A stretch of 64,000 nucleotides of DNA from an uncultured Gemmatimonadaceae bacterium (GTDB lineage: Bacteria > Gemmatimonadota > Gemmatimonadetes > Gemmatimonadales > Gemmatimonadaceae), in contig CAWBOC010000009.1 in the NCBI GenBank assembly GCA_963790305.1, forward strand, positions 384,001 to 448,000. The letters are read 5' to 3'. The translations under genes and the position numbers were made by a program. Below the pieces are notes generated by a model. The model worked only from the letters and a program-made list of their open reading frames with translations. It had not been told where the DNA came from and did not search any database. Below are positions 10,368 through 22,213 of this stretch, one piece after another; positions within the stretch are counted from its first letter, which is position 1; each line of letters begins with the position of its first letter.

Positions 10368-11912
10368 ATGACCCGACTCATCGAGTGCGTCCCGAATTTC
10401 AGCGAAGGTCGGCGCCCAGAGGTGATCGCCGCCATCCGCGATGCGATCGCGGCCGTTGATCGTACGGCAATTCTCGACGTCTCCTCGGACGGGTCGCACA
10501 ACCGCACCGTGATCACGTTCGTCGCCTCGGCGGACACAGCGGTCGACGCCGCGTTCGCGGCTATTGCCAAAGCGCGGGATCTCATCGATCTGACGAGGCA
10601 CACCGGCGAGCATCCGCGGATGGGAGCCGCCGACGTCGTTCCGTTCGTGCCGCTCGAGGGAACGACGATGGACGAGTGCATCGCGCTGGCACGGGCGCTC
10701 GGTGAGCGGGTCGGTCGCGAGCTGGACATTCCCGTCTATCTCTACGAGCGCGCCGCTACGCGCCGAGAGCGCGAGAACCTCGCCGACGTTCGCCGCGGGG
10801 AATTCGAGGGTCTACGCGACGCCATCCCGGGCGATCCGGCACGCATGCCCGACTTCGGGCCCGCGCGCGTGCACCCCACCGCCGGAGCCGTCGCGATCGG
10901 CGCACGTCCCTTCCTCGTGGCGTACAACGTCTACCTTGGCGACAAGGAGAATCTCGCGGTGGCAAAGAAAGTCGCGAAGGCGGTGCGCGGCTCGTCAGGC
11001 GGGCTCAAGTACGTAAAGGGACTCGGGCTCGAGGTGGATGGGCAGGCGCAGGTGTCGATGAATCTCGTCGACGTCGACCAGACGCCGATGCACCGCGCGT
11101 TCGAGGCGGTGAAGATGGAAGCCGCGGCGAACGGTGTTCCGACTACCTGGAGCGAGATCGTCGGGTTGGTGCCGGAACGTGCGCTGTTCGATGCCGCAGT
11201 CCGCCACCTCCAGCTCGACCGGTTCACCCCGGACCAGGTGCTGGAGCGAAAGGTTCGCGCGGCGACGGCGCAGTGGGGTGGTGATGCTGGAGGCGAGAGC
11301 GTGTCGGGCTTCGTGGCGTCGGTCGCATCCTCCAATCCGACCCCCGGAGGCGGGTCCGTCGTCGCCCACGTCGGCGCACTCGCCGCCGCGCTCGCTCAAA
11401 TGGTCGCCGGGCTCACCGCTGGCCGAAAGAAGTACGCTGCCGTCGACGCCGAGATGCGCGACGTCGGCGCCCGCGCCGCGGCGTTAGGCTCGCGCCTGGC
11501 TGCGCTCGTACAGGCGGACGCCCGCGCGTACGGCGCGGTATCGGAGGCGTACAAGATGCCGAAGGAGCCCATGACCGCGGCGACGGCCCGGCACCAGGCG
11601 ATCGAGAAGGCACTCATCGGAGCAGCGGAGATCCCGCTGCAGACGGCGCAGTTGTGCGGCGAAGTCACCGAGATCGCGGCGGTCGTCGCGGCGCGCGGCA
11701 ACACGAACGCCGTATCCGACGCCGGTGTCGCCGCCCTGCTCGCCGATGCCGCCTGCCGCGGCGCGGCCTACAATGTCCGCATCAACGTGGCGGCGTTACC
11801 TGATCGCTCGGTCGGTGCGTCGCTGGCCGCCGAGGCGCAGCGCATCGCGGCCGACACGTCGGCGCGCGCCGCGAGCGTGGTGGAGCTGGTGGAGCGGGAG
11901 ATTGCCAAGTAG
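10368..11912 (+). CDS. ftcD: Glutamate formiminotransferase/formiminotetrahydrofolate cyclodeaminase
   Basis: LIECVPNFSEGR, HPRMGAADVVPFVP, cyclodeaminase PTPGGGS. Confidence 0.93.
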   Translation: MTRLIECVPNFSEGRRPEVIAAIRDAIAAVDRTAILDVSSDGSHNRTVITFVASADTAVDAAFAAIAKARDLIDLTRHTGEHPRMGAADVVPFVPLEGTTMDECIALARALGERVGRELDIPVYLYERAATRRERENLADVRRGEFEGLRDAIPGDPARMPDFGPARVHPTAGAVAIGARPFLVAYNVYLGDKENLAVAKKVAKAVRGSSGGLKYVKGLGLEVDGQAQVSMNLVDVDQTPMHRAFEAVKMEAAANGVPTTWSEIVGLVPERALFDAAVRHLQLDRFTPDQVLERKVRAATAQWGGDAGGESVSGFVASVASSNPTPGGGSVVAHVGALAAALAQMVAGLTAGRKKYAAVDAEMRDVGARAAALGSRLAALVQADARAYGAVSEAYKMPKEPMTAATARHQAIEKALIGAAEIPLQTAQLCGEVTEIAAVVAARGNTNAVSDAGVAALLADAACRGAAYNVRINVAALPDRSVGASLAAEAQRIAADTSARAASVVELVEREIAK

Positions 11913-11934
11913 AGGTGCTCGAGCACCTCTACTT
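11907..11934. terminator. Perfect 28-bp palindrome spanning the convergent ftcD and infA stops; possible bidirectional terminator
   Basis: aagtagaggtgctc|gagcacctctactt. Confidence 0.55.
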
Positions 11935-12147
11935 ATACCGATACGTAATCCGCCCTCGCGACAAATCGTACGGGCTCAGCTCCACGGCGACTTTGTCGCC
12001 TGGCAGGATCTTGATGAAGTTCGTGCGAATCTTCCCCGAGATGTAGGCGAGCACCTCGTGCCCGTTCTCCAGCTCCACCCGGAACATCGCGTTCGGAAGC
12101 GGCTCGATGATCGTGCCCGTGACCTGAATGACCCCATCTTTGGCCAA
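11929..12147 (-). CDS. infA: Translation initiation factor IF-1
   Basis: [23 protein letters not shown] start with GAGGAG Shine-Dalgarno. Confidence 0.97.
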   Translation of the reverse strand: MAKDGVIQVTGTIIEPLPNAMFRVELENGHEVLAYISGKIRTNFIKILPGDKVAVELSPYDLSRGRITYRYK

Positions 12148-12168
12148 ACGCAGTCTCCTCTCCCTGAG

Positions 12169-12924
12169 CTAGGCGAGCCGCGTCAGCACGCGCGGCCCAT
12201 GTTCGGTGATCGCCACCGTGTGCTCGAAGTGCGCCGATCGTGAGCCGTCAATCGTCTTGATGGTCCACCGGTCCGGCATGGTTCGCGTCTTCGCGGAACC
12301 CGCGTTCACCATCGGCTCAATGGCGATCGTCAGCCCGGGCGCGAGCCGCTCGCGACGCTTGGGCTTGCCGTAATTCGGAACCTGCGGCTCCTCGTGAAAC
12401 GCGACCCCAATGCCGTGCCCAACGAGGTCCCGCACCACGCTGAATCCCGCGTCCTCGACTACGCTTTGCACCGCTGCTCCAATGTCGCCAATGTGATTCC
12501 CCGGCTGCGCCGCGGCGATCCCCGCTTCGAGTGCTCGCTGTGTGACGTCGAGCAGCCGCTGCGATGTCTCGTCGACCTCACCGACGGCCACGGTCGTCGC
12601 GGAATCGGTGTAGTACCCCTTGTACCGCACACCCACATCGATCGACACGAGGTCACCCTCGACGAGCTGCCGTGTTCGTGAAGGGATCCCGTGCACGATC
12701 TCATCGTTGATCGACGTGCACACGCTCGCCGGGAAATCGTACAGCCCCTTGAACGCCGGCACGGCGCCCTCGTGCGAGCGAATGAAGTCCTCGGCGAGAC
12801 GATCGAGGTCGGCCGTGGTCATGCCCGGCTTCACCGCCTCGGCGAGCATCGCAACCGTCTCCGCGAGAATCCGCCCGCCCTCGGCCATCACGTCGATCTC
12901 GCGCGGCGATTTCAACTGAATCAT
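12169..12924 (-). CDS. map: Methionine aminopeptidase type I
   Basis: HGIP, GHGIG..HEEP, AIEPM, SAHFEHT. Confidence 0.97.
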   Translation of the reverse strand: MIQLKSPREIDVMAEGGRILAETVAMLAEAVKPGMTTADLDRLAEDFIRSHEGAVPAFKGLYDFPASVCTSINDEIVHGIPSRTRQLVEGDLVSIDVGVRYKGYYTDSATTVAVGEVDETSQRLLDVTQRALEAGIAAAQPGNHIGDIGAAVQSVVEDAGFSVVRDLVGHGIGVAFHEEPQVPNYGKPKRRERLAPGLTIAIEPMVNAGSAKTRTMPDRWTIKTIDGSRSAHFEHTVAITEHGPRVLTRLA

Positions 12925-13556
12925 TTCGGGAGTGCGCGCACGACGCGTTCGGTCACGTCGGCCGGCGATCCCACGGCGTCCACGACGACGAGTGGGGTCT
13001 CGTTCGTGCGGTACCAGTCGATGACGGGGGCGGTCTGGTCACGGTATACGCGGAGGCGGCGACGAACGGCGTCGGGGTCGTCGTCCGTCCGCCTCACGAG
13101 CGTGCCGCCGCACTTGGGGCATGACGTGCCCGGCTCGCGCCCCGTGTAGGGCGTCTGGCAGCGATCGCAAATGGTGCGGCCCGACAGTCGGCGAACGAGC
13201 TCGTCGTCAGGTACCTCGAACAGGAGGACTGCATCGACCTGGCGGCCCAGCTCGCCGAGCACACGCTCGAGCCCCTCCGCCTGCGGCACGGTGCGAACGA
13301 CACCATCGAGAATGACGCCGCGCGCCATCTCCGGACGCTTGAACGTCTCCTTCATGATGCCGAGGATCACCTCGTCGGGAACGAGCTCGCCACGGTCCAT
13401 GTAGCCCTGAGCGGCCTTTCCCATCGCCGTGCCTTCGCGCACCGCCCCGCGCAGCACGTCCCCGGTTGCAATCTTCGGAATCCCGAGGCGCTGCGCAACG
13501 GGCTCGGCCTGAGTTCCTTTGCCTGCGCCGGGCGGCCCAAGGAGGACGATGATCAT
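12921..13556 (-). CDS. adk: Adenylate kinase (zinc lid)
   Basis: GPPGAGKGTQ; CDRC..CPKC lid; start MIIVLLG. Confidence 0.96.
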   Translation of the reverse strand: MIIVLLGPPGAGKGTQAEPVAQRLGIPKIATGDVLRGAVREGTAMGKAAQGYMDRGELVPDEVILGIMKETFKRPEMARGVILDGVVRTVPQAEGLERVLGELGRQVDAVLLFEVPDDELVRRLSGRTICDRCQTPYTGREPGTSCPKCGGTLVRRTDDDPDAVRRRLRVYRDQTAPVIDWYRTNETPLVVVDAVGSPADVTERVVRALPK

Positions 13557-13563
13557 GGGGCGA

Positions 13564-13623
13564 CGAATGCGGAATGCGGAATGCGGAAAAAAACATGAGT
13601 CCGCATTCCGCATTCCGTATTCG
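13564..13623. repeat. (AATGCGG)n hairpin, copy 2
   Basis: cgaatgcggaatgcggaatgcgga ... tccgcattccgcattccgtattcg. Confidence 0.85.
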
Positions 13624-13643
13624 AAACAAGGCCCAAATGCGAG

Positions 13644-15026
13644 TTAGGCAAGGAGGGTCGCAGTCGTCCCAGCGAGCGCCGCGATGATCGCAATCCCCAT
13701 AGCCGGTGCCCCGCGACCCCGGAACCGCACGCGCCCGCCCTTCTTCATGAAGCTGTCGTACTTCCGGAGAAGGAGCGCCTCCTGGAACTTCTGCACCGTA
13801 TCGAGGCCCACGCCGACGACGATCAGCAGCGAGGTTCCGCCGAACTGGAAAGGCACGTTGAAGAGTCCGGCGATCCAGATCGGCAGGAGTGCGACGAGCG
13901 TCAGGAAGACCGCGCCCGGCAGCGTGATGCGACTCACGACGTGGTCGATGTATTCGGCCGTCTTTGCGCCCGGCTTCACGCCCGGTATGAACCCGCCCTG
14001 CTTCTTCAGGTTCTCCGCAATGTCGATCGGGTTGAAGATGATCGACGTGTAGAAGTACGTGAAGAAGAGGATCAGGACCGCCGATAGCAGGAAGTACAGC
14101 GGCGTACCGGGATTGAAGTACTCCGCCATGGTCTGGAGCCGGGGGTTGCCGCTGAACTGCGCGATAGTCCCCGGCACGACGATCAGTGATTGCGCGAAGA
14201 TGATGGGCATGACGTTCGCCGCATTCATCCGCAGGGGGATGAAGTTCCGCGCCGCTTCCCGCATCCGCCCGCGGCCCATCGCCCGCTGCGGGATCTGTAT
14301 CTGGACCCGCCGCGCCGCCACCGTGATCGCGACCGTTGCCGCGACGACGAGAATCATCATGACGATAAGCACCACCAGCTTGAGCGGCGCCAGCGCTCCC
14401 GTCGTGACGAAGTTCAACGTCTGGAAGATGCCGGGCCAAATGCGCTCGACGATCGAGAAGAAGATCAGGAGGCTCGCGCCATTCCCAATGCCGCGCTCCG
14501 TGATCTGCTCGCCGAGCCACATGACGAAGATCGCGCCCGTCGTCAGGAAGAGCGTCATCTGGACCTGATGGCCGAAGCCCGGGAACCGCACGGCCCCCTG
14601 CAGCGACTCGGTGAACAGGGCGAAGCCATACCCCTGGATCATCGCGATGACGACCGTTCCATAACGAGTCCACTGCGTGATCTTCTTTCGGCCCTCCTCG
14701 TCCTTCTGCATCTTCTCCACGGTGGGGATGACCGCCCCCGCCAACTGGAAGAGGATGCTCGACGAGATGTACGGCATGATGCCGAGCGCGAAGAGCGTGG
14801 CGCGCGACAGACCGCCCCCGACGAACAGATCGTAGAGGCCGAGCAGTCCGCCCTGGCCCTGCGCCGCGAAGAAATCGCGGAGGGCGACGACGTCAATGCC
14901 CGGCGCCGTGACGTGCGCGCCGACGCGATAGATGAGCAGACACAGAAGCGTGAAGAGGATCTTCTGCTTCAGCTCCGGCGTGCGGAACAGATTGCCGACG
15001 GCCGCGGCGGGATTCGTCTGCGCCAT
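13644..15026 (-). CDS. secY: Preprotein translocase SecY
   Basis: [30 protein letters not shown]; spc operon position. Confidence 0.97.
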   Translation of the reverse strand: MAQTNPAAAVGNLFRTPELKQKILFTLLCLLIYRVGAHVTAPGIDVVALRDFFAAQGQGGLLGLYDLFVGGGLSRATLFALGIMPYISSSILFQLAGAVIPTVEKMQKDEEGRKKITQWTRYGTVVIAMIQGYGFALFTESLQGAVRFPGFGHQVQMTLFLTTGAIFVMWLGEQITERGIGNGASLLIFFSIVERIWPGIFQTLNFVTTGALAPLKLVVLIVMMILVVAATVAITVAARRVQIQIPQRAMGRGRMREAARNFIPLRMNAANVMPIIFAQSLIVVPGTIAQFSGNPRLQTMAEYFNPGTPLYFLLSAVLILFFTYFYTSIIFNPIDIAENLKKQGGFIPGVKPGAKTAEYIDHVVSRITLPGAVFLTLVALLPIWIAGLFNVPFQFGGTSLLIVVGVGLDTVQKFQEALLLRKYDSFMKKGGRVRFRGRGAPAMGIAIIAALAGTTATLLA

Positions 15027-15027
15027 G

Positions 15028-15496
15028 TTACGCCTCGACGCGGCCTCCCGCCGCGAGAATCTGCTCCCGAGCCGCCGCGCTCATCTCTGATGCCGCGCAC
15101 CGTCACGGGACGCGTGAGCTTGCCGTTGGCGAGCACCTTGGCCGGACCCTTCCGGCTATGCACCCAGCCCTTCTCGGCAAGCGCTTCCTGCGTCACCTCG
15201 GTCCCCTCGGGCCAATGGTTCAGTGCATCCAGGGTAACGACCTGGTGCTCCACGCGAAACTCATTGGTGAATCCGCGCTTCGGCAGCCGCCGCGTGAGCG
15301 GCATCTGACCGCCCTCGAAGTGGGGCTTGCCGCCACCCGGTCCGCCATGGCCCGCGCGCGCCTTGCTCCCCTTGTGACCCTTGCCGGACGTCTTGCCCGT
15401 ACCGGAGCCCGGCCCGCGCCCAACGCGCTTGCGGTTCCAATGCGAGCCCCGCGCGGGACTCAGGTTGTCCAGTCCAACTCTGGTCGGCTTCCTCAC
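15028..15496 (-). CDS. rplO: 50S ribosomal protein L15; frameshift near 15085
   Basis: [20 protein letters not shown]. The correct C-terminus [22 protein letters not shown] is in the shifted frame. Confidence 0.93.
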
Positions 15497-15500
15497 GATG

Positions 15501-15755
15501 TCACTCCTTCACCGGCGTCACCTTCACCAGGTGACGCACTTGCTTGATCATGCCGCGAAGCGACGCAGAGTCCTGCTTCACGACGACGTCCTGATGGTGT
15601 CGCAGCCCGAGCGCATCGAGCGTGGCGCGCAGCTTCTTCGGATGTCCGATGCCGCTCCGCACCTGCTCGATCAACAGGCGACCCTTGGTCGGCGCACCCA
15701 CGGGCTCCGTCTTCTTCGGGCCACGCGTGCGGTGCCAGACGAACGTTCTAGCCAT
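15501..15755 (-). CDS. rpmD: 50S ribosomal protein L30 (N-terminal extension)
   Basis: [27 protein letters not shown]. Confidence 0.92.
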   Translation of the reverse strand: MARTFVWHRTRGPKKTEPVGAPTKGRLLIEQVRSGIGHPKKLRATLDALGLRHHQDVVVKQDSASLRGMIKQVRHLVKVTPVKE

Positions 15756-16554
15756 GCACGACCTCCTTCCCCTTCGCGCGCGAACGATAATGGATGCTCG
15801 ACATCTCGACTCCCCGTTCGCGAGCAATCTGTTCGATCGTCGTGAGCTGCTGCAGTCCATCGAGCGCGGCGCGGACCATGTTGTGCGGGTTCGTCGAGCC
15901 CAGGCTCTTGGTGAGAATGTCCTGGACGCCCGCGCACTCGAGCACCGCGCGCACCGCACCGCCGGCAATGACACCGGCACCCGGGGCCGCCGGCTTCATC
16001 AATACCCGGCCCGCGCCATGTTGGCCCACGACCTCATGAGGAATCGTCCCTCCGGTCAGCGGCACACGGACGCGGTGACGACGCGCCGCGTCGACCGCCT
16101 TGCGAACGGCCTCCGACACCTCGTTGGCCTTCCCGGTGGCGACACCAACCTCCCCCTGCCCGTTGCCGACGGCCACGAGCGCATTGAAGGAGAACCGCCG
16201 GCCACCCTTCACGACCTTGGCGACGCGATTGATCGCGATGACGTTCTCAATGAGGTCGCTGCCTTCGCGCTCCCCGCCTGGCCCGCCACGACCGTCGCCG
16301 CGACCGCGGCCGCCGTCACGCCCTCCGCGACCATCGCCGCCGCCGCGTCCACCACGGCCGCCACCCGGTCCGCCTGGGCCGCCAGGCCCGCCACCACGAC
16401 CGCCCCCGCCACCGCCGCGCCCACCGCCGCGTCCGCCGCCGGGGCCGCCGCGTCCACGAGGTCCGCCGCGCGTACCGCCGCCGCCGCCACCACCGCGCTG
16501 GGGCTGTGACGTCTGCCCGCCGCCTTCGCCGCCGCCTTGCTGATTCTCAGCCAT
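15748..16554 (-). CDS. rpsE: 30S ribosomal protein S5 with RGG-rich N-terminal tail
   Basis: [22 protein letters not shown]. Confidence 0.96.
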   Translation of the reverse strand: MAENQQGGGEGGGQTSQPQRGGGGGGGTRGGPRGRGGPGGGRGGGRGGGGGGRGGGPGGPGGPGGGRGGRGGGDGRGGRDGGRGRGDGRGGPGGEREGSDLIENVIAINRVAKVVKGGRRFSFNALVAVGNGQGEVGVATGKANEVSEAVRKAVDAARRHRVRVPLTGGTIPHEVVGQHGAGRVLMKPAAPGAGVIAGGAVRAVLECAGVQDILTKSLGSTNPHNMVRAALDGLQQLTTIEQIARERGVEMSSIHYRSRAKGKEVVHG

Positions 16555-16555
16555 G

Positions 16556-16915
16556 TCAGAACTCCAGTCCGCCCTCTCGGGCGCCATCGGCCACTGCCTT
16601 CACGCGGCCGTGATATCGGTATCCAGCGCGGTCGAAGACGACCTTCGTGATCCCCGCGTCCTTGGCCCTTGCCGCCAGGCGCTTGCCGACCTCGGCGGAC
16701 CGCTCCGTCTTCTTCCCCTCGGCGACGCCGGAATCCGAGACGGTCAAGATCGTCCGCTGTGCACCGTCGTCAACGAGCTGCGCGTAAATGTGCTTGATCG
16801 AGCGGTAGACGACGAGACGCGGACGTTCCGCGGTGCCCGTCACCTTCTTGCGCACGCGCAAATGCCGCTGGTGGCGCTTCTCGGCCCGTGTCTTCGGCTT
16901 GTGAATTGGTCTCAT
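16556..16915 (-). CDS. rplR: 50S ribosomal protein L18
   Basis: [23 protein letters not shown]. Confidence 0.97.
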   Translation of the reverse strand: MRPIHKPKTRAEKRHQRHLRVRKKVTGTAERPRLVVYRSIKHIYAQLVDDGAQRTILTVSDSGVAEGKKTERSAEVGKRLAARAKDAGITKVVFDRAGYRYHGRVKAVADGAREGGLEF

Positions 16916-17454
16916 TACTTGGCTCCCGCCTTGCCCGCCTTACGACGGACCTGCTCGCCCTGATACTTGATGCCCTTCCCCTTGTATGGCTCCGGCGGAC
17001 GCAGGCTGCGCAACTCCGCCGCCACCTGCCCGACGAGCTCCTTGTCCGCGCCTTCGATGATAATCTGCGTCGGCTGCGGTGCCGTCAGCTTGATTCCCTT
17101 CGGGGCGCGGTACTCCACCGGATGCGAGAACCCGAGGGCCAGCTGCAGCCCGTACGGCCGAGCTTCCGCCTTGTAGCCGACGCCGATGATCTCGAGCTGC
17201 TTCGAGTACCCCTTGGTGACGCCGTCCACCATGTTGGCGACGAGCGTCCGGGTAAGGCCGTGCAGCGCGCGGTGGCCCGGCTCATCCGAGGGGCGGGCGA
17301 CAGTGATGTTCCCATCGTCCATCGCGATCGCCATGGACGGATGCAAGCGCCGCTCGAGCTCGCCCTTGGGACCCTTCACCTTTACCGTCTGCCCATCGAT
17401 CGTCGCCGTCACGTTCTTCGGCACGGGAATGGGCTTCTTTCCAATTCGCGACAT
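16915..17454 (-). CDS. rplF: 50S ribosomal protein L6
   Basis: [15 protein letters not shown]. Confidence 0.97.
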   Translation of the reverse strand: MSRIGKKPIPVPKNVTATIDGQTVKVKGPKGELERRLHPSMAIAMDDGNITVARPSDEPGHRALHGLTRTLVANMVDGVTKGYSKQLEIIGVGYKAEARPYGLQLALGFSHPVEYRAPKGIKLTAPQPTQIIIEGADKELVGQVAAELRSLRPPEPYKGKGIKYQGEQVRRKAGKAGAK

Positions 17455-17464
17455 CGTTCCTCTC

Positions 17465-17866
17465 CTACCAGACCACGGCGAGCAGCTCGCCGCCGGTGCG
17501 CGCCTGACGAGCCTGGCGATCGGTCATCAGCCCCTGTGAGGTGCTGAGGATCGCCATCCCGAGGCCGTTGCGGATTCGCGGGATCTCGCTCACGCCGACG
17601 TAGCGACGGAGTCCCGGCGTCGAGACACGCTTCAGCTCGCGGATGACCGGCTGCTCCCCCGCGGCGTACTTGAGGTACACGCGCAGGAGCTTCCGGCCTT
17701 CCTCGGTGTCGAGGACCTTGAAGTCCTTGATGTAGGCGTTGTCGAGGAGGATCTTCGCGATCTCCACCTTCATCTTCGACGCCGGCATGTCCACGCGGCG
17801 ATGCTTCGAGCCGCACGCATTGCGGATGCGCGTGAGCATGTCGGCGATCGGATCAGTCATTGACAT
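17465..17866 (-). CDS. rpsH: 30S ribosomal protein S8
   Basis: [21 protein letters not shown]. Confidence 0.97.
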   Translation of the reverse strand: MSMTDPIADMLTRIRNACGSKHRRVDMPASKMKVEIAKILLDNAYIKDFKVLDTEEGRKLLRVYLKYAAGEQPVIRELKRVSTPGLRRYVGVSEIPRIRNGLGMAILSTSQGLMTDRQARQARTGGELLAVVW

Positions 17867-17940
17867 TCTGTCGTGTCCCTCGTCCCGTCGTATCTCTCCT
17901 TCGCTGGAGAGACGTGCGGAAATTCAATGTGAGTCCCTCA

Positions 17941-18000
17941 GACTGCGGAAATCGGAATGCGGAAGTTGTTGCAAGGTTCCGCATTCCGTATTCCGCATTC
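17941..18000. repeat. (AATGCGG)n hairpin, copy 3
   Basis: tgcggaaatcggaatgcggaa ... ttccgcattccgtattccgcattc. Confidence 0.8.
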
Positions 18001-18003
18001 GTG

Positions 18004-18189
18004 TCACCAGCTGGCCTTCCGCACTCCGGGAATCATCCCGGAGAGCGCCAGATCGCGGAAGCAGATGCGGCAAATGCCGAACTTCCGCAGATACGCGCGC
18101 GAGCGCCCGCAGCGCTGACAGCGGTTGTGCTGCCGCACGCCGAACTTCGGCTTGCGCTTCGACTTTTCGACCATGGCCTTACGAGCCAT
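18004..18189 (-). CDS. rpsN: 30S ribosomal protein S14, type Z (zinc-binding)
   Basis: RCQRCGR..ICRICFR. Confidence 0.97.
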   Translation of the reverse strand: MARKAMVEKSKRKPKFGVRQHNRCQRCGRSRAYLRKFGICRICFRDLALSGMIPGVRKASW

Positions 18190-18218
18190 TCGCCTTCCTC
18201 TCTCTGTTCAGCTTCGTG

Positions 18219-18321
18219 AACTTCTGCAGACGTCAGGATGCAGACGTCAGGGTTCAGGTTTCAGGTTCCGCGCTTCTGACAACTGACGTCTGACGTCTGA
18301 TCCCTGACGTCTTCGGAAGTT
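18219..18321. repeat. GACGTCAG tandem hairpin with terminal inverted repeats (MITE-like), copy 1
   Basis: aacttctgcagacgtcagg ... cctgacgtcttcggaagtt. Confidence 0.75.
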
Positions 18322-18334
18322 GCCCCTGCCGTTC

Positions 18335-18985
18335 TCACGTCGAGACCACGATTGGCTTGTCGTCACCGCGGAATGGCATGCCCAACTCTCTCAAGAGTGC
18401 AAACGCCTGATCGTCGCGGGGCGTGCTGGTCACGAACGTGATGTCCATGCCGTGCACCTGCTCGACCTGGTCGTAGTTGATCTCCGGGAAGATCACCTGC
18501 TCCTTGAGGCCGAGCGAGAAGTTGCCGCGACCGTCGAACGAGCGCGTGTTCACGCCGCGGAAATCGCGGATGCGTGGCATCGCCACGTTCAAGAGGCGAT
18601 CGAGGAACTCCCACATCCGCGCGCCGCGCAGCGTCACGCTGGCACCGATCTCCTGGCCTTCCCGCAGCCCGAAGTTCGAGATCGACTTCTTCGCCCGCGT
18701 GCGCACGGCCCGCTGGCCGGTGATCAGGCCCAGCTCGTTGACCACACTGTCCAGCATCTTGGGCTGCTTCACTGCCTCGCCGAGCCCCACGTTGACCACG
18801 ATCTTCTCGAGCTTCGGGATCTCGTGCGTGTTCGTGTAGCCGAACTGCTGCATGAGCCGCTGCCGCAACGTCGTCTCGTAGTACTCCTTGAGCCGCGGCT
18901 TCGGCGCCGGCGTGTCCACGCCGCGATGCGGCTTCTCGACGGCCTGCGCGTCGGCCTTCTTCTGCTTCTTTTCCTTGGTTGCCAT
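18335..18985 (-). CDS. rplE: 50S ribosomal protein L5
   Basis: [22 protein letters not shown]. Confidence 0.97.
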   Translation of the reverse strand: MATKEKKQKKADAQAVEKPHRGVDTPAPKPRLKEYYETTLRQRLMQQFGYTNTHEIPKLEKIVVNVGLGEAVKQPKMLDSVVNELGLITGQRAVRTRAKKSISNFGLREGQEIGASVTLRGARMWEFLDRLLNVAMPRIRDFRGVNTRSFDGRGNFSLGLKEQVIFPEINYDQVEQVHGMDITFVTSTPRDDQAFALLRELGMPFRGDDKPIVVST

Positions 18986-18999
18986 CGCTTCCTCTCTGC

Positions 19000-19398
19000 T
19001 CAGCGCTTGCGGGGAATCGCATCCCCGCTCTTCACGCTGATGCGCTCCTTCGTTCCGTCGTCATCGAGGCGCGCACGCACCCGCGTCGGCGCTCCGGACT
19101 TCGGATCGATCAGCATGACATTGGACGCGTGCACCGGCGCGGGGAAATCGATAATGCCGCTCTGCTCGTTCTCGCGCCGTGCCTTGCGGTGCTTCTTGAC
19201 AATGTTCACGCCCTCGATCGTGACGCGCCCCGTCTTGGGATAGACGCGCAGGACCTTTCCTTCTTTGCCCTTGTCATCGCCGCGCATCACCCGGACGGTG
19301 TCCCCCCGCGTGACGTGCAGCTTCATCCGCTCGGCGTTCAGCTCGTGGCGGCGGCGGTTCTTCAGCCGATCCGCCTTGCGGTACGTCAGGATCCGCAT
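19000..19398 (-). CDS. rplX: 50S ribosomal protein L24
   Basis: [19 protein letters not shown] motif, HASNV. Confidence 0.95.
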   Translation of the reverse strand: MRILTYRKADRLKNRRRHELNAERMKLHVTRGDTVRVMRGDDKGKEGKVLRVYPKTGRVTIEGVNIVKKHRKARRENEQSGIIDFPAPVHASNVMLIDPKSGAPTRVRARLDDDGTKERISVKSGDAIPRKR

Positions 19399-19399
19399 A

Positions 19400-19768
19400 C
19401 TAGAGCACCTCCGGCGCGAGCGAGACGATCTTCATGAACTTCTTCTCGCGCAGCTCGCGTGCGACCGGACCGAAGATACGCGTCGCGCGCGGCTCGCCGG
19501 CCTCGTTGATGATGACCACCGCGTTCTCGTCGAACCGGATGTAGCTGCCATCCTTGCGGCGCGTCTCCTTCGCCGTGCGCACGACCACCGCGCGCGCGAC
19601 ATCGGACTTCTTCACCGTACCGTTGGGGAGCGCATCCTTGACCGCGACGATCACCTGATCGCCGAGCCCGGCGTAACGCCGTCGTGTTCCCCCCAGCACG
19701 CGGATCACGAGCGCGCGCTTGGCGCCCGAGTTGTCCGCCACCTTGACTACCGATTCCTGCTGAATCAT
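19400..19768 (-). CDS. rplN: 50S ribosomal protein L14
   Basis: [23 protein letters not shown]. Confidence 0.98.
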   Translation of the reverse strand: MIQQESVVKVADNSGAKRALVIRVLGGTRRRYAGLGDQVIVAVKDALPNGTVKKSDVARAVVVRTAKETRRKDGSYIRFDENAVVIINEAGEPRATRIFGPVARELREKKFMKIVSLAPEVL

Positions 19769-19780
19769 GGCTCGTCTCCC

Positions 19781-20065
19781 TTACCGCGCGCGCTCGATGA
19801 TCTCGACGACACGCCACCGCTTGTCCTTCGACAGCGGCCGGGTCTCCATGATGCGCACGCGGTCGCCGGTCTTGGCGGCGTTCTCCTCGTCATGCGCCTT
19901 CAGCCGCTTCGTCCGGGTGACCATCTTCCCGTACAGCGGGTGCGGAAACCGACGCTCGATCGCGACGACCACCGTCTTCTGCATCTTGTCGCTCACCACG
20001 ACGCCCACACGGGATTTCCGCGTGCCGCGCGTCGAGGTGCTCTCGTTCTTCATCATCTCGGCCAT
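19781..20065 (-). CDS. rpsQ: 30S ribosomal protein S17
   Basis: [20 protein letters not shown]. Confidence 0.97.
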   Translation of the reverse strand: MAEMMKNESTSTRGTRKSRVGVVVSDKMQKTVVVAIERRFPHPLYGKMVTRTKRLKAHDEENAAKTGDRVRIMETRPLSKDKRWRVVEIIERAR

Positions 20066-20083
20066 GTCCCTGATCGCTCCTGA

Positions 20084-20369
20084 CTAGCGGCCACGGCGGG
20101 CAGTCGCCCGCTTCGTCTTCGTCGTCTTGGTTGCACGCTTCGTCTTCGGAGCCTTGGTTTCCCTCGACCCCCCCAATGGTGCTGGTGCGGTGATGCCCTT
20201 CTGTCGTTCCGTCAATACCGTCATCATGCGCGCGATGTCCTTCCGGAGATCACGCAGCCGGTGCGGCTGCTCCAGCGGTTGCGTTGCCGCCCGCAGGCGC
20301 AGTCGGAAGCGCTCTTCCCGAAGCTCGGCGATCCGGTCCTGCAGCTCCTGATCGTTGAGCTCGCGTATC

Positions 20370-20383
<14 letters not shown>
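20084..20383 (-). CDS. rpmC: 50S ribosomal protein L29 (basic C-terminal tail)
   Basis: [17 protein letters not shown]; operon position. Confidence 0.93.
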
Positions 20384-20801
<418 letters not shown>

Positions 20802-20811
20802 CGGTCGATCC

Positions 20812-21471
20812 TCAGAGGCCCGTCGAGTACGTGTTGCCGCGGCGATCCTCCACGACCTCACCCTTGAAGATCCAGACCTTCACACCGATGGTGCCGAAGG
20901 TGGTTTTCGCGGTGGACGTGGCGTAATCGATGTCCGCGCGGAGCGTATGCAGCGGAACCCGACCCTCGTGATAGCCCTCGACGCGCGCGATCTCGGCGCC
21001 GCCGAGGCGGCCACCGGTCTTGATCTTGATCCCCTGCGCGCCCATGCGCATCGCGCTCTGCACCGCGCGCTTCATCGCGCGACGGAACGAGATGCGCTGC
21101 GCGAGCTGCGCGGCAACCTGGTCGGCCACCAGCTGCGCATCGAGCTCGGGACGCTTGATCTCCTCGACGTTGATGCCGACTTCCTTGCCGCTGAGCTTCG
21201 CCAGCTCGTCGCGCAGCTTGTCGACCTCGGCGCCCTTCTTCCCGATCACGACGCCAGGCCGGCCGGTGTGGATGGTCACCACCACCTTGCCGGGCTTGCG
21301 CTCGATCTGAATGTCCGCGATCGCCGCATGACCAAGGCGTGCCTTGAGATACTTGCGCAGCAGCTCGTCTTCCTTGAGCAGCGCCGGGAAGTCACGGTTC
21401 GCGTACCAGCGCGACTTGTGAAGCTTCGTGATTCCCAGCCGGAACCCAATCGGATGCGTCTTCTGACCCAT
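20812..21471 (-). CDS. rpsC: 30S ribosomal protein S3
   Basis: [27 protein letters not shown]. Confidence 0.97.
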   Translation of the reverse strand: MGQKTHPIGFRLGITKLHKSRWYANRDFPALLKEDELLRKYLKARLGHAAIADIQIERKPGKVVVTIHTGRPGVVIGKKGAEVDKLRDELAKLSGKEVGINVEEIKRPELDAQLVADQVAAQLAQRISFRRAMKRAVQSAMRMGAQGIKIKTGGRLGGAEIARVEGYHEGRVPLHTLRADIDYATSTAKTTFGTIGVKVWIFKGEVVEDRRGNTYSTGL

Positions 21472-21830
21472 TAGCGTTCGCCTCGCTCGGCGACCACGAT
21501 TTCGACGTGGCTCGTCCGCTTTTGAATGGGGGTCGCGCGGCCCATCGCCGCCGGCATGAAGCGCTTGAGCTTCGGCCCCTCGTTGACTATCGCGTGCTTG
21601 ACGTACAGGCGATCGGTATCGAGCGCCTCGCCCGACTCGCGCGCCTTGAATTCCGCGTTCGCCACGGCGGACTTGAGCGTCTTCTCGATCTGCTTGGCGG
21701 CGTGCTTCTTCGAGAACGCCAGCAGCGCCAGCGCCTCGTTCACATCCTTGCCGCGGATCTGATCGATGACCAGCCGCATCTTGTAGGGCGACTGTCGAGT
21801 CGTCCGCTGAAAGGCTCTGACGTCGGTCAT
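21471..21830 (-). CDS. rplV: 50S ribosomal protein L22
   Basis: [15 protein letters not shown]. Confidence 0.96.
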   Translation of the reverse strand: MTDVRAFQRTTRQSPYKMRLVIDQIRGKDVNEALALLAFSKKHAAKQIEKTLKSAVANAEFKARESGEALDTDRLYVKHAIVNEGPKLKRFMPAAMGRATPIQKRTSHVEIVVAERGER

Positions 21831-22165
21831 GCGGGCTTGCCTCCCTTGGCCGCCGGCGCCGGCACGGCGGGTGTCGCCGATGGCGTCGCCTTCTTGTCGA
21901 CCTTGTTGGCGCCGGTGTGCCCACGGAACAGACGCGTCGGCGCGAACTCGCCGAGCCGGTGACCCACCATGTTCTCGGTCACATACACCGGGATGAACTT
22001 GTTCCCGTTATGCACCGCGAAGGTGTGCCCGACGAACTCCGGCGTGATCGTGCTCGCGCGCGACCACGTCTTCATGACGCGCTTCTCGCTCCGGTCGTTC
22101 ATCGAGCGCACGCGCTTCATGAGCGACTCTTGAATGAACGGGCCCTTCTTTACGCTGCGTCCCAT
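21827..22165 (-). CDS. rpsS: 30S ribosomal protein S19
   Basis: [24 protein letters not shown]. Confidence 0.97.
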   Translation of the reverse strand: MGRSVKKGPFIQESLMKRVRSMNDRSEKRVMKTWSRASTITPEFVGHTFAVHNGNKFIPVYVTENMVGHRLGEFAPTRLFRGHTGANKVDKKATPSATPAVPAPAAKGGKPA

Positions 22166-22213
22166 GAGCAAAGATCTCGACGATGAAGGATCAGTGTATG
22201 CTGCAAACCGCGT

